DNA of 41,236 nt from Rhodospirillaceae bacterium (GTDB lineage Bacteria; Pseudomonadota; Alphaproteobacteria; Rhodospirillales; UBA2165), in contig JABIIH010000286.1 of NCBI GenBank assembly GCA_018649245.1, positions 1 through 41,236 on the forward strand, given 5' to 3'. The position numbers and the translations under genes were made by a program. Below the pieces are notes generated by a model, which saw nothing but the letters and a program-made list of their open reading frames with translations, did not search any database and was not told the DNA's origin. This document shows positions 34,031 to 41,236 of this stretch, one piece after another. How positions within the stretch are numbered: the first letter of the stretch is position 1; every line of letters starts with the position of its first letter.

Positions 34031-35079
34031 CTCCGGCATCTATCTTATTTGTTGGACAGACAGTCGCCGGTTCAAGAACCAAGCAACGGATCAAGGCGCT
34101 TGAGAATTTGGGCTGCCGGGTGGAGGTCATAGCGACAAGTTTGCCGGGCGCGAGTTACGAGGATAAACCGAGCCTCATGACCCGGTTGCGCTATCGCTTG
34201 CGCTATCCTGCTGATGCCGCCGGAGCGAATGGCAAAATCTTAAATCGGCTGAATGAAAACCAGTTCGATGTATTGTGGCTCGAACGGGCGGTGGAAATTG
34301 GGGCCAACACTCTGCGTCGCGCTAAGCAACTAAACTCTATAATTAAAATTGTTTGGTATGCTGAGGACGATATGATGAATCCACGCCACCGGACCCGGCA
34401 AGTGGAAGCGGCGATGCCATATTACGATCTATGGGTGACAACCAAATCCTTTAATGCTGAGCTAAATGAGGTGCCGACATTTGGGGTCAAAAATATCTTA
34501 TTTGTTAACAATTCCTACGATCCCTCCCTCCATCGGCCGATCAATCCAAGTGAACAGGACAGGACTGACTTTGGCTCAGAAGTAAGTTTTGTTGGCACGC
34601 ATGAAAAAGACCGGGCAGATAGTTTGATTTATCTGGCCCAGCAAGGCGTCCCGGTCAGAGTATGGGGCAACGGCTGGACAGCCTATAAAGACCAAGTGCC
34701 TGGCCTTCTAATTGAAGGCCGTCCGGCTTATGATGATGAGTATGTCAAAGTAATTTGTTGTAGCGAAATAAATCTCTGTTTTTTACGCAAAGAGAATCGT
34801 GATCTCCAAACTTGTCGCTCAATTGAGATTCCTGCCTGCGGCGGATTTATGCTACATGAACGTAATGCCGAAATGTCAGCTATCTTCAAAGAAGATAGTG
34901 AAGCAGCATATTTCACCAGTGATCAGGATTTACTTGAGCAATGTAAGAAGTGGTTGATGGATTCCACGGCGCGGGGAGAGGTTGCGAAAAATGGATTGGG
35001 CAAGGTGACAAAAGGTACTTTTAGTCATGATGACCGTCTGCGGGAAATACTTGATGCCACAAGTCAGGTAGGCAACTAA
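34027..35079 (+). CDS. CgeB-like / Glyco_trans_1_2-type putative glycosyltransferase
   Basis: 350 aa. C-terminal RSIEIPACGGFMLHERNAEMSAIFKEDSEAAYF resembles the CgeB/YkvP-type domain as I recall it. 4-nt overlap upstream and 1-nt overlap downstream. Confidence 0.6.
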   Translation: MTPASILFVGQTVAGSRTKQRIKALENLGCRVEVIATSLPGASYEDKPSLMTRLRYRLRYPADAAGANGKILNRLNENQFDVLWLERAVEIGANTLRRAKQLNSIIKIVWYAEDDMMNPRHRTRQVEAAMPYYDLWVTTKSFNAELNEVPTFGVKNILFVNNSYDPSLHRPINPSEQDRTDFGSEVSFVGTHEKDRADSLIYLAQQGVPVRVWGNGWTAYKDQVPGLLIEGRPAYDDEYVKVICCSEINLCFLRKENRDLQTCRSIEIPACGGFMLHERNAEMSAIFKEDSEAAYFTSDQDLLEQCKKWLMDSTARGEVAKNGLGKVTKGTFSHDDRLREILDATSQVGN

Positions 35080-36212
35080 TGAGAGTTCTCGTTAACGCCC
35101 TGTCTGCCCGCAAAGGCGGTATTGTCACCTACACCAATAATCTTCTGGCAGCCTTTCAAAAACGTGGCATCGATATCAATATAGCGGTATCCGAAGATTT
35201 TGAAACCGAGTACGACCAATCGATTAGCCGGCTTAACGTGGCCAGATTTTCACCATTGCAAAGATTGATTTGGGAGCAAACGTCCTGGCGAAAATTTGTC
35301 AAAAACTATAATCCTGACATTCTTTTTTCATCAGCTAATTTTGGTCTACTTAATTGTCCAGTAAATCAAATCCTGTTGCTGCGCGAGGGCGGATTATTTG
35401 ATCCTTTTTATCTCGCTAATATGACCGCGCCGCTTGGTGTTTGGAACGGCATTAACCGGTATTTTCGCCGTCGCCTGATGCTGCTTTCGGCAATGTCGGC
35501 CAATCAAATTATTACGCCCACCAAAGCTATGCGCGATATGGTCTCGTTATGGCATCCGGAAATTACAGAGAAATGCAGTGTCAATCCATATGGCACAATT
35601 AATGATGCGTTTAAGCCTAGGACCGACCAACGGAAATGGCGGGAAGATGGCGTCTGCCGGTTGATTTATGTGTCAGTTTATTATCCCCACAAAGTCCCGC
35701 GCCTGCTGTGTCAGGCGGTCGATCAGCTAATAGAAACAGGCTTTGATTGTCACGCCACGATAACCATGGCACCGAGTGAATTTGCCGAAATGCAGGGTAG
35801 CGATCTTGATGAAGTTATTGTCAGTGATGCTGCCCGGCGCGGTATCGTTTCGTTGGGAAATTATAAATACGACGATTTGCCTGAATTATATCGTTCTCAA
35901 GACGTTTTTGTTTTTCCGTCGGTCTCAGAAACATTTGGTCATCCGATGGCAGAAGCGATGAGCAGCGGGTTGCCGGTGGTGGTGGCCGATACACCGGTCA
36001 ATCGCGAAATCTGCGGTGATGCTGCATTATATTTTGAGCCCTTTTCGGTGACCGGTCTGGTTGATTGTATCCAACAATTGGATGGTGATAAAAATTTACG
36101 GGACAGCCTGCCTAAAATCGGACGCGAGCGGGCGCTTGAGCGGTTTGGCTGGGAGGATCACGTCGACCGCTTGATTGAAACGATGGAAAAAATGCTGAGT
36201 AAGCAGGCCTGA
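35079..36212 (+). CDS. Glycosyltransferase family 4
   Basis: 377 aa. EX7E in FPSVSETFGHPMAEAMSSGLPVV. Confidence 0.85.
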   Translation: MRVLVNALSARKGGIVTYTNNLLAAFQKRGIDINIAVSEDFETEYDQSISRLNVARFSPLQRLIWEQTSWRKFVKNYNPDILFSSANFGLLNCPVNQILLLREGGLFDPFYLANMTAPLGVWNGINRYFRRRLMLLSAMSANQIITPTKAMRDMVSLWHPEITEKCSVNPYGTINDAFKPRTDQRKWREDGVCRLIYVSVYYPHKVPRLLCQAVDQLIETGFDCHATITMAPSEFAEMQGSDLDEVIVSDAARRGIVSLGNYKYDDLPELYRSQDVFVFPSVSETFGHPMAEAMSSGLPVVVADTPVNREICGDAALYFEPFSVTGLVDCIQQLDGDKNLRDSLPKIGRERALERFGWEDHVDRLIETMEKMLSKQA

Positions 36213-36217
36213 AATTC

Positions 36218-37384
36218 ATGAATGAGCAAGAGCCAGACCCCTTAAAAATTGTGGTTTCGGTACATGGCCGCTGGCACGGCTTTGACCTAGCGGATGGCCT
36301 GCATCAGCGGGGATATCTGGCTCGTTTGTTGACAACTTACCCGGCCTCGGTGGCGGCAAAATTTTTACCTTTGGGCGTGCCCATAATGACCGCACCCTGG
36401 CTTGAGTTACGGCGCCGGTTTTATGACAAATTCCCACTTGGTCGAAAACCCGATTTAGCGATCGCCAAGGCTTTTGCTAATTTTGCCTGCCGTCATGCGA
36501 TTGGCAAGGTTGATGTACTGGTTGGTTGGAGCTCTGCCACACTGGAAGCCATTCCACCGGCTCATGAGTTTGGCACGAAAGTAGTGATTGAGCGCGGTTC
36601 CAGCCATATAGTCCATCAGACCGACGTTTTGACCGCTGCCTATCAGGAGTTCGGGTTGAATTTTGCCGGCACCCACCCTGAGATAATCGCACGAGAGGAG
36701 CAGGAATATGCCGCCGCCGATGCGATCGCTGTGCCGACCCAATTTGCCGCCTCTACCTTTGCCGAGCGCGGCTTGGGTGAAAAGCTCATCGTTAATCCCT
36801 ACGGCGTCGACTTAACCCGATTTTCGCCACCTGCTGAACCGAACCGAAATACCAAGCCACGCATTCTGTTTGTTGGCAGTGTCGGTATTCGGAAAGGCGT
36901 GCCGTGGCTGCTGCGCGCTTTTGCCGGGCTTTCAGATATCGCTGAGCTGCATCTTATTGGTCCGGTGGAGAAGGGCTTTGAGAAAATATTGGCCCAACAT
37001 AAACTGGCCGGCGTGACCCTGAGAGGGGCGCTTCCGTCGGGGCAATTGCCAGCCGAATTGAAGGCCGCTGATGTTTTTTGTCTGCCCTCGCTGGAGGAAG
37101 GTTTCCCGTTATCTATGTTGCAAGCGATGGCCAGTGAGTTGCCGATCGTAACAACCAAAGAAGCTGGGGTAGAAGATATTATTGAGCCAAATATTGAGGG
37201 CCTGATCGTGCTGTCTAAAGATAGCGCTAACTTGGCCGAAGCACTTGGCCAACTGGTTAATGATGCGGATCAGCGACGCCAACTGGGCATCGCCGCCCGC
37301 CGCCGCGTTGAGCAGGGCTTTAGCTGGGATGATTATATCGACCGCGCAATTACGGCTTATCATGCATTGGCAGCAACGACATAG
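36218..37384 (+). CDS. Glycosyltransferase family 4-like (variant EX7Q motif)
   Basis: 388 aa. LPSLEEGFPLSMLQAMASELPIV has Gln in place of the second Glu of EX7E. Confidence 0.75.
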   Translation: MNEQEPDPLKIVVSVHGRWHGFDLADGLHQRGYLARLLTTYPASVAAKFLPLGVPIMTAPWLELRRRFYDKFPLGRKPDLAIAKAFANFACRHAIGKVDVLVGWSSATLEAIPPAHEFGTKVVIERGSSHIVHQTDVLTAAYQEFGLNFAGTHPEIIAREEQEYAAADAIAVPTQFAASTFAERGLGEKLIVNPYGVDLTRFSPPAEPNRNTKPRILFVGSVGIRKGVPWLLRAFAGLSDIAELHLIGPVEKGFEKILAQHKLAGVTLRGALPSGQLPAELKAADVFCLPSLEEGFPLSMLQAMASELPIVTTKEAGVEDIIEPNIEGLIVLSKDSANLAEALGQLVNDADQRRQLGIAARRRVEQGFSWDDYIDRAITAYHALAATT

Positions 37385-37417
37385 TGGCTCGGCTCTACAC
37401 CGGCAGACTGGAAGGTC

Positions 37418-37705
37418 TCATACAGCTCGTCTTTCAATGCGCCCTGCATCATTGTGCGCGGCGTGAATAAGCTCGACCCGGAAAGATAACAGTCGCTCAT
37501 CTATCGCTGCCTGGACAACGCCGATCTGAGCAAGACGCGTAAGTGCGTCTTCACCGGAGGCCATATAAACTTCGGCGTTTTCGGGATAAAGCTCGGCGAG
37601 ATTGGTATATTGGGTTAGCAAGGCTTCCGTGCTGATGGCGCGCTCACCGGCGCGGCCAGCCTGTTCGCCGAGGATGGCGCGATTGAGAGTTAGCTTAATG
37701 TTCAT
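37418..37705 (-). CDS. Hypothetical 95-aa soluble protein (orphan)
   Basis: The track ORF 37418..37789 begins at TTG. I prefer ATG 37705 (AGGA 8 nt upstream; MNIKLTLNRAILGEQ...). No TM helix and no family recognised. Confidence 0.45.
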   Translation of the reverse strand: MNIKLTLNRAILGEQAGRAGERAISTEALLTQYTNLAELYPENAEVYMASGEDALTRLAQIGVVQAAIDERLLSFRVELIHAAHNDAGRIERRAV

Positions 37706-37840
37706 GATATGCATCCTAAATTTTCTGGTGTATTCATTAGGATATAAAAGTTTCGCTCGACTACAACGGAATTCAACATTAGAGGTCAATTTTATTTATA
37801 ACCAACTGAAATAACATGATAAAACAGTTCATATTTTTTC

Positions 37841-37856
37841 AATTTCCAGGGAAATT
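37841..37856. repeat. 16-bp inverted repeat AATTTCC-AG-GGAAATT in an AT-rich spacer
   Basis: Read directly. It lies inside the roughly 190-nt AT-rich gap between the fcl stop (37982) and the orphan ORF. Function unknown. Confidence 0.5.
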
Positions 37857-37981
37857 CGTTGTTTAAATTCCAACTTTTTACAGGTATTACGAGAATATAT
37901 TTGATTAAATGGCATTTTTGGAACATCTGGCTAACAAGTTGTCATCGTCCCAGAATTTCATCGGGTATTTGCGACCGCAAT

Positions 37982-38959
37982 TTAAGCAGTATTTTCGAGA
38001 AACCACTGATAGGTGGTGGCCAGTCCGGCCTCGAGTGATGTCGTCGAAGTCCAACCGAGCGCTTGCATGCGGGCTGGATCGAGTAATTTCCGCGGTGAGC
38101 CATCGGGCTTTGAGGTGTCAAATTCCAACTCGCCTTCAAAGCCGACGACCTTGGCAATCAGTTGAGCCAGCTCTTTAATCGTCACTTCCTCGCCGGTGCC
38201 CATATTGACGTGAATGGCACCGCTGTAATGTTTGATCAAATGGACCAGCGCATCTGCGCAATCATCGACGTGGAGAAATTCGCGGTACACTTTGCCGGAG
38301 CCCCAAATAGGCATCGTTTTGTCACTGTTGATTTTGGCGAGATGGGCTTTGTGCATCAGTGCCGGAATAACATGACCGCCTTCAAGATCGAAATTATCGC
38401 CGGGGCCGTAAAGATTGTTGGGCTGGGCAGAAATATAGTCACAGCCATATTGCTGCCGGTAGGCTTCACACAATTTGATGCCGGCGATCTTGGCGATGGC
38501 ATACCACTCGTTGGTCGGCTCGAGCGGTCCGGTTAGCAGGGCTTCCTCAGCCATCGGCTGGGCGGCTTCACGGGGGTAGATGCAGGCCGAGCCCAAAAAC
38601 AACAATTTCTCGACGTTATGTTGATGCGCGGCGTGGATGATGTTGCTTTCAATCGCGATATTATTATAGATGAACTCCGCCGGCCGGGTGGAATTGGCGA
38701 GAATACCGCCGACTGTCGCAGCAGCAATAACGACGACATCAGGTTGATTTGCCGCCAGCCATTGCTTGACGGCGGCTTGGTTGATCAAATCAAGCTCACT
38801 GTGTGCGGGGGTCAGAATGTCACAGTCTTCGCTGGCCAATCTCCGCACCGTGGCGCCACCGACCATACCTGAGGCGCCAGCGACCCAGACTTTTTTGCCG
38901 GCCAAATTGAAGGGTTCGGCAAGCTTAATATCAGTTACGCTACTGTTCATCGCCACCAT
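37982..38959 (-). CDS. fcl: GDP-L-fucose synthase (GDP-4-keto-6-deoxymannose 3,5-epimerase/4-reductase)
   Basis: 325 aa. [14 protein letters not shown] Rossmann motif, YAIAKIAG (YxxxK). Immediately downstream of gmd and overlapping it (start ATG 38959 or 38950). Confidence 0.9.
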   Translation of the reverse strand: MVAMNSSVTDIKLAEPFNLAGKKVWVAGASGMVGGATVRRLASEDCDILTPAHSELDLINQAAVKQWLAANQPDVVVIAAATVGGILANSTRPAEFIYNNIAIESNIIHAAHQHNVEKLLFLGSACIYPREAAQPMAEEALLTGPLEPTNEWYAIAKIAGIKLCEAYRQQYGCDYISAQPNNLYGPGDNFDLEGGHVIPALMHKAHLAKINSDKTMPIWGSGKVYREFLHVDDCADALVHLIKHYSGAIHVNMGTGEEVTIKELAQLIAKVVGFEGELEFDTSKPDGSPRKLLDPARMQALGWTSTTSLEAGLATTYQWFLENTA

Positions 38960-39998
38960 TCCGCATCAATTCCAGATCACTTTTCACCATGTCGCTGACC
39001 AGTTCTGAGAAGGGCGTGGTGTGCTGCCAGCCTAGCTTTTCACGGGCTTTCGACGGATCACCCAACAGGGTTTCAACTTCGGTCGGGCGGAAATAGCGGG
39101 GATCGATCTCCACCAGGACATCGCCCGTGTTGTCATCGACGCCTTGCTCCTCAATACCACTGCCGCGCCAAATTATTTTGCGGCCGATCTCGGCAAAGGA
39201 CAGCTCGACAAACTCCCGGACAGAATGCTGTTCGCCGGTCGCCAATACATAATCATCCGGTTCATCTTGCTGGAGCATGCGCCACATCCCTTCAACATAA
39301 TCCCTGGCATGACCCCAATCCCGAAGGGCGTCGATATTGCCGAGATAAAGCTTGTCGTCGAGAGCAAGCTCAATGGCAGCGACGGCACGGGTAATTTTGC
39401 GGGTGACAAATGTTTCGCCGCGGATCGGGCTTTCATGATTAAACAAAATACCGTTCGATGCATGCATGCCATAGGCTTCCCGGTAATTAACCGTGATCCA
39501 ATAGCCATAGAGCTTGGCGGCGGCATAGGGGCTGCGCGGATGAAAGGGCGTGGTTTCCGACTGCGGCGTTTCGACAACTTTGCCGTAGAGCTCGGAGGTT
39601 GACGCTTGATAAAACCTGGCAGTTTTTTCGAGACCCAAAATTCTAATCGCCTCAAGCAGACGCAAGGGGCCGATACCATCCGAATTAGCGGTATATTCCG
39701 CGGTCTCAAAACTCACCTGGACGTGGCTTTGGGCCGCGAGATTGTAAATTTCATCCGGCTGAACCGCCTGGACGAGCCGGATCAAATTAGTAGCGTCCGT
39801 CATATCGCCGTAATGCATGAAAAAATTGGTGCCTTCGATATGCGGGTCAGTATAGAGGTGATCGACACGGCCAGTATTGAACGACGACGAGCGGCGCTTG
39901 ACGCCATGCACTTCATAGCCCTTGGTCAGCAGCAATTCAGCGAGATAAGCCCCGTCCTGTCCGGTAACCCCGGTGATAAATGCTTTTTTTTGGGTCAA
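38940..39998 (-). CDS. gmd: GDP-mannose 4,6-dehydratase
   Basis: 352 aa. [44 protein letters not shown]. Canonical Gmd sequence blocks. Confidence 0.95.
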   Translation of the reverse strand: MTQKKAFITGVTGQDGAYLAELLLTKGYEVHGVKRRSSSFNTGRVDHLYTDPHIEGTNFFMHYGDMTDATNLIRLVQAVQPDEIYNLAAQSHVQVSFETAEYTANSDGIGPLRLLEAIRILGLEKTARFYQASTSELYGKVVETPQSETTPFHPRSPYAAAKLYGYWITVNYREAYGMHASNGILFNHESPIRGETFVTRKITRAVAAIELALDDKLYLGNIDALRDWGHARDYVEGMWRMLQQDEPDDYVLATGEQHSVREFVELSFAEIGRKIIWRGSGIEEQGVDDNTGDVLVEIDPRYFRPTEVETLLGDPSKAREKLGWQHTTPFSELVSDMVKSDLELMRNGGDEQ

Positions 39999-40023
39999 TT
40001 TTAGTTACTCCCAAATTGTAAAA

Positions 40024-41236
40024 TTATAATCTCTTCTGCCAAATGCCGCGGGTATCTAAAATGTTTTTGCCGTCCAATGCCGCTGTCTGATCCATTGCTT
40101 TAAATTCACGGTGGTCCGTCAATAAAAGCACCGTCTCCGCATTTTGCACGGCTTTTTCATAAGGTAAAAGTGTTACGTTTTTATGCGCTGCCAAAGCAGG
40201 AGGCAGTTCAGTTATATTTGGCTCTGCCACCAAAATCTCGCCCGTGTGCTGACCCGCCAGTTGTTCGACAATCGCCATTGCCGGACTTTCCCGCAAATCA
40301 TCGATATCAGCTTTATAAGCGAGGCCGAGACAGGCGATGGCGGAATTGGCTGGCGCGGCTTTGAGAGTTTGCTCGATTACCCAGACGGGTTTGCCGTCAT
40401 TGACTTGGCGGGAGGCTTGAATAAGCGGCGTTTGTTCAGTGGCCGAATCGACAATAAACCAGGGATCAACCGCAATACAGTGGCCGCCGACGCCGGGGCC
40501 TGGTTTTAATATTTCGACCCGGGGATGAAGATTGGCAAGATCGATCATCTGCCAGACATCAATATTCAGCTGATTACAGACTAGCGACATTTCATTGGCA
40601 AAGGCGATGTTGGTATCGCGGTAGGCATTCTCGGCGAGTTTTACCAGTTCAGCGGTTTGCGCGTTGGTTAAATGGCAGGAGCCATTAACGAACAGACTAT
40701 AGAGATCGCGCGCCCGTTGGCTGCACATATCAGAAAGCCCACCGATCACCCGGTCATTGTCGACAAGCTCAATCAGCACCCGGCCCGGCAACACGCGCTC
40801 CGGGCTGTGAGCGATGTTAATATCAGGATCGCTATTGTCAGAGGCGGGAAAGCTTAGGTCGGGCCGGGCTTCAGCTAGCCACGCAGCAATCTGCGCCGTT
40901 GTACCAACCGGTGAGGTCGATTCAAGCACAACAAGATTACCTTTGACCAATACCGGTGCCAGCGCGTTCGTCGCTTGCTCCAAAAATGTCAGATCGGGTT
41001 TGTTGTTCGCTTTGAAAGGCGTCGGCACGGCAATGATAAAAGCATCGGCCGGCTCAGGTGAGGTGGCGGCGCTTAGTTTGCCGGAGCTGACGGCGCTTCG
41101 AACCAAAATATCCAAGTCCGGCTCGACGATATGGATATCGCCCTGATTGATGGTCTCGACGATTTCGCTATTTACATCGACACCGAGCACATCAATGTCG
41201 CGATTGGCGATAACGGCGGCGGTGGGTAATCCGACA
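40024..41236 (-). CDS. wecC: UDP-N-acetyl-D-mannosamine dehydrogenase (nucleotide-sugar dehydrogenase), N-terminus beyond the window end
   Basis: The frame stays open to the window edge (…VGLPTAAVIANRDIDVLGVDVN…). Near-collinear with E. coli WecC as I recall it: IHIVEPDL, IIAVPTPF, LESTSPVGTT, GPGVGGHCIAVDPWF, DDLRESPA. Confidence 0.85.
   Translation of the reverse strand, partial: VGLPTAAVIANRDIDVLGVDVNSEIVETINQGDIHIVEPDLDILVRSAVSSGKLSAATSPEPADAFIIAVPTPFKANNKPDLTFLEQATNALAPVLVKGNLVVLESTSPVGTTAQIAAWLAEARPDLSFPASDNSDPDINIAHSPERVLPGRVLIELVDNDRVIGGLSDMCSQRARDLYSLFVNGSCHLTNAQTAELVKLAENAYRDTNIAFANEMSLVCNQLNIDVWQMIDLANLHPRVEILKPGPGVGGHCIAVDPWFIVDSATEQTPLIQASRQVNDGKPVWVIEQTLKAAPANSAIACLGLAYKADIDDLRESPAMAIVEQLAGQHTGEILVAEPNITELPPALAAHKNVTLLPYEKAVQNAETVLLLTDHREFKAMDQTAALDGKNILDTRGIWQKRL

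Noticed and set aside
37841-37856. The AATTTCC-AG-GGAAATT palindrome as the fcl terminator
   Set aside because: On the transcribed (minus) strand it is followed by an A-rich rather than U-rich tract. The stem is AT-only with a 2-4 nt loop. It is kept only as an unexplained inverted repeat.
37909-38178. 89-aa plus-strand ORF spanning the spacer and the fcl 3' end
   Set aside because: It runs antisense through the well-supported fcl coding region, and has no SD and no recognisable features.
39144-39709. 152-aa (plus) and 178-aa (minus, alternative frame) ORFs inside gmd
   Set aside because: They lie entirely within the near-canonical gmd reading frame and have Arg/Pro/Ser-rich translations typical of off-frame artefacts.
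1-41236. Search by eye for tRNA/rRNA genes, CRISPR arrays, IS/transposase or integrase genes, restriction-modification, toxin-antitoxin or other phage-defence signatures
   Set aside because: No ORF has nuclease, methylase, transposase or integrase-like motifs, and no spaced direct repeats or cloverleaf-like intergenic sequences were seen. The intergenic regions are mostly under 100 nt. Absence by eye is not proof; tRNAscan-type, CRISPR-finder and defence-system HMM runs would be decisive.

Overview
41.2-kb bacterial chromosomal window (proteobacterium-like, very roughly 50% GC). I see no rRNA, tRNA, CRISPR or IS element. It consists of four back-to-back modules. (1) 1-10.3 kb is an aromatic or halo-aromatic catabolic island. 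It starts with an edge-truncated reductive-dehalogenase-like gene on the minus strand, which is absent from the supplied ORF track and was found by translating the reverse strand. Divergent from it is a nine-gene plus-strand operon: MarR, DUF3500-like, acyl-CoA ligase, dienelactone hydrolase, LigI-like amidohydrolase, PrpF-like isomerase, one-domain extradiol dioxygenase, NAD(P) oxidoreductase, DMT transporter. (2) 10.3-16.9 kb is a minus-strand heme-copper oxidase module: an unlisted 56-aa TM peptide, CuA subunit II, a B-family-like subunit I lacking the cross-link Tyr, SCO/SenC, a dihaem cyt b + 2x[4Fe-4S] + MvhD-like fusion, and a 167-aa anchored protein. A Cys-less Crp/Fnr regulator and an FNR-type box lie divergent to it. 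The module resembles the little-studied sNOR (norSY-senC-orf1) arrangement and is my best candidate for an under-described system. (3) 17.0-24.1 kb holds a cupin, an HpaB-family monooxygenase, a split IorA/IorB 2-oxoacid:ferredoxin oxidoreductase and an SSS-type transporter. (4) 24.1-41.2 kb is a visibly AT-richer surface-glycan locus: two AsnB-type amidotransferases, an O-antigen-ligase/polymerase-like protein, a GT9, several GT-B glycosyltransferases, a CgeB-like enzyme, an orphan 95-aa ORF, and fcl-gmd-wecC (wecC truncated by the window end). All functional calls rest on motifs read from the translations plus recalled family knowledge; no database search was possible.
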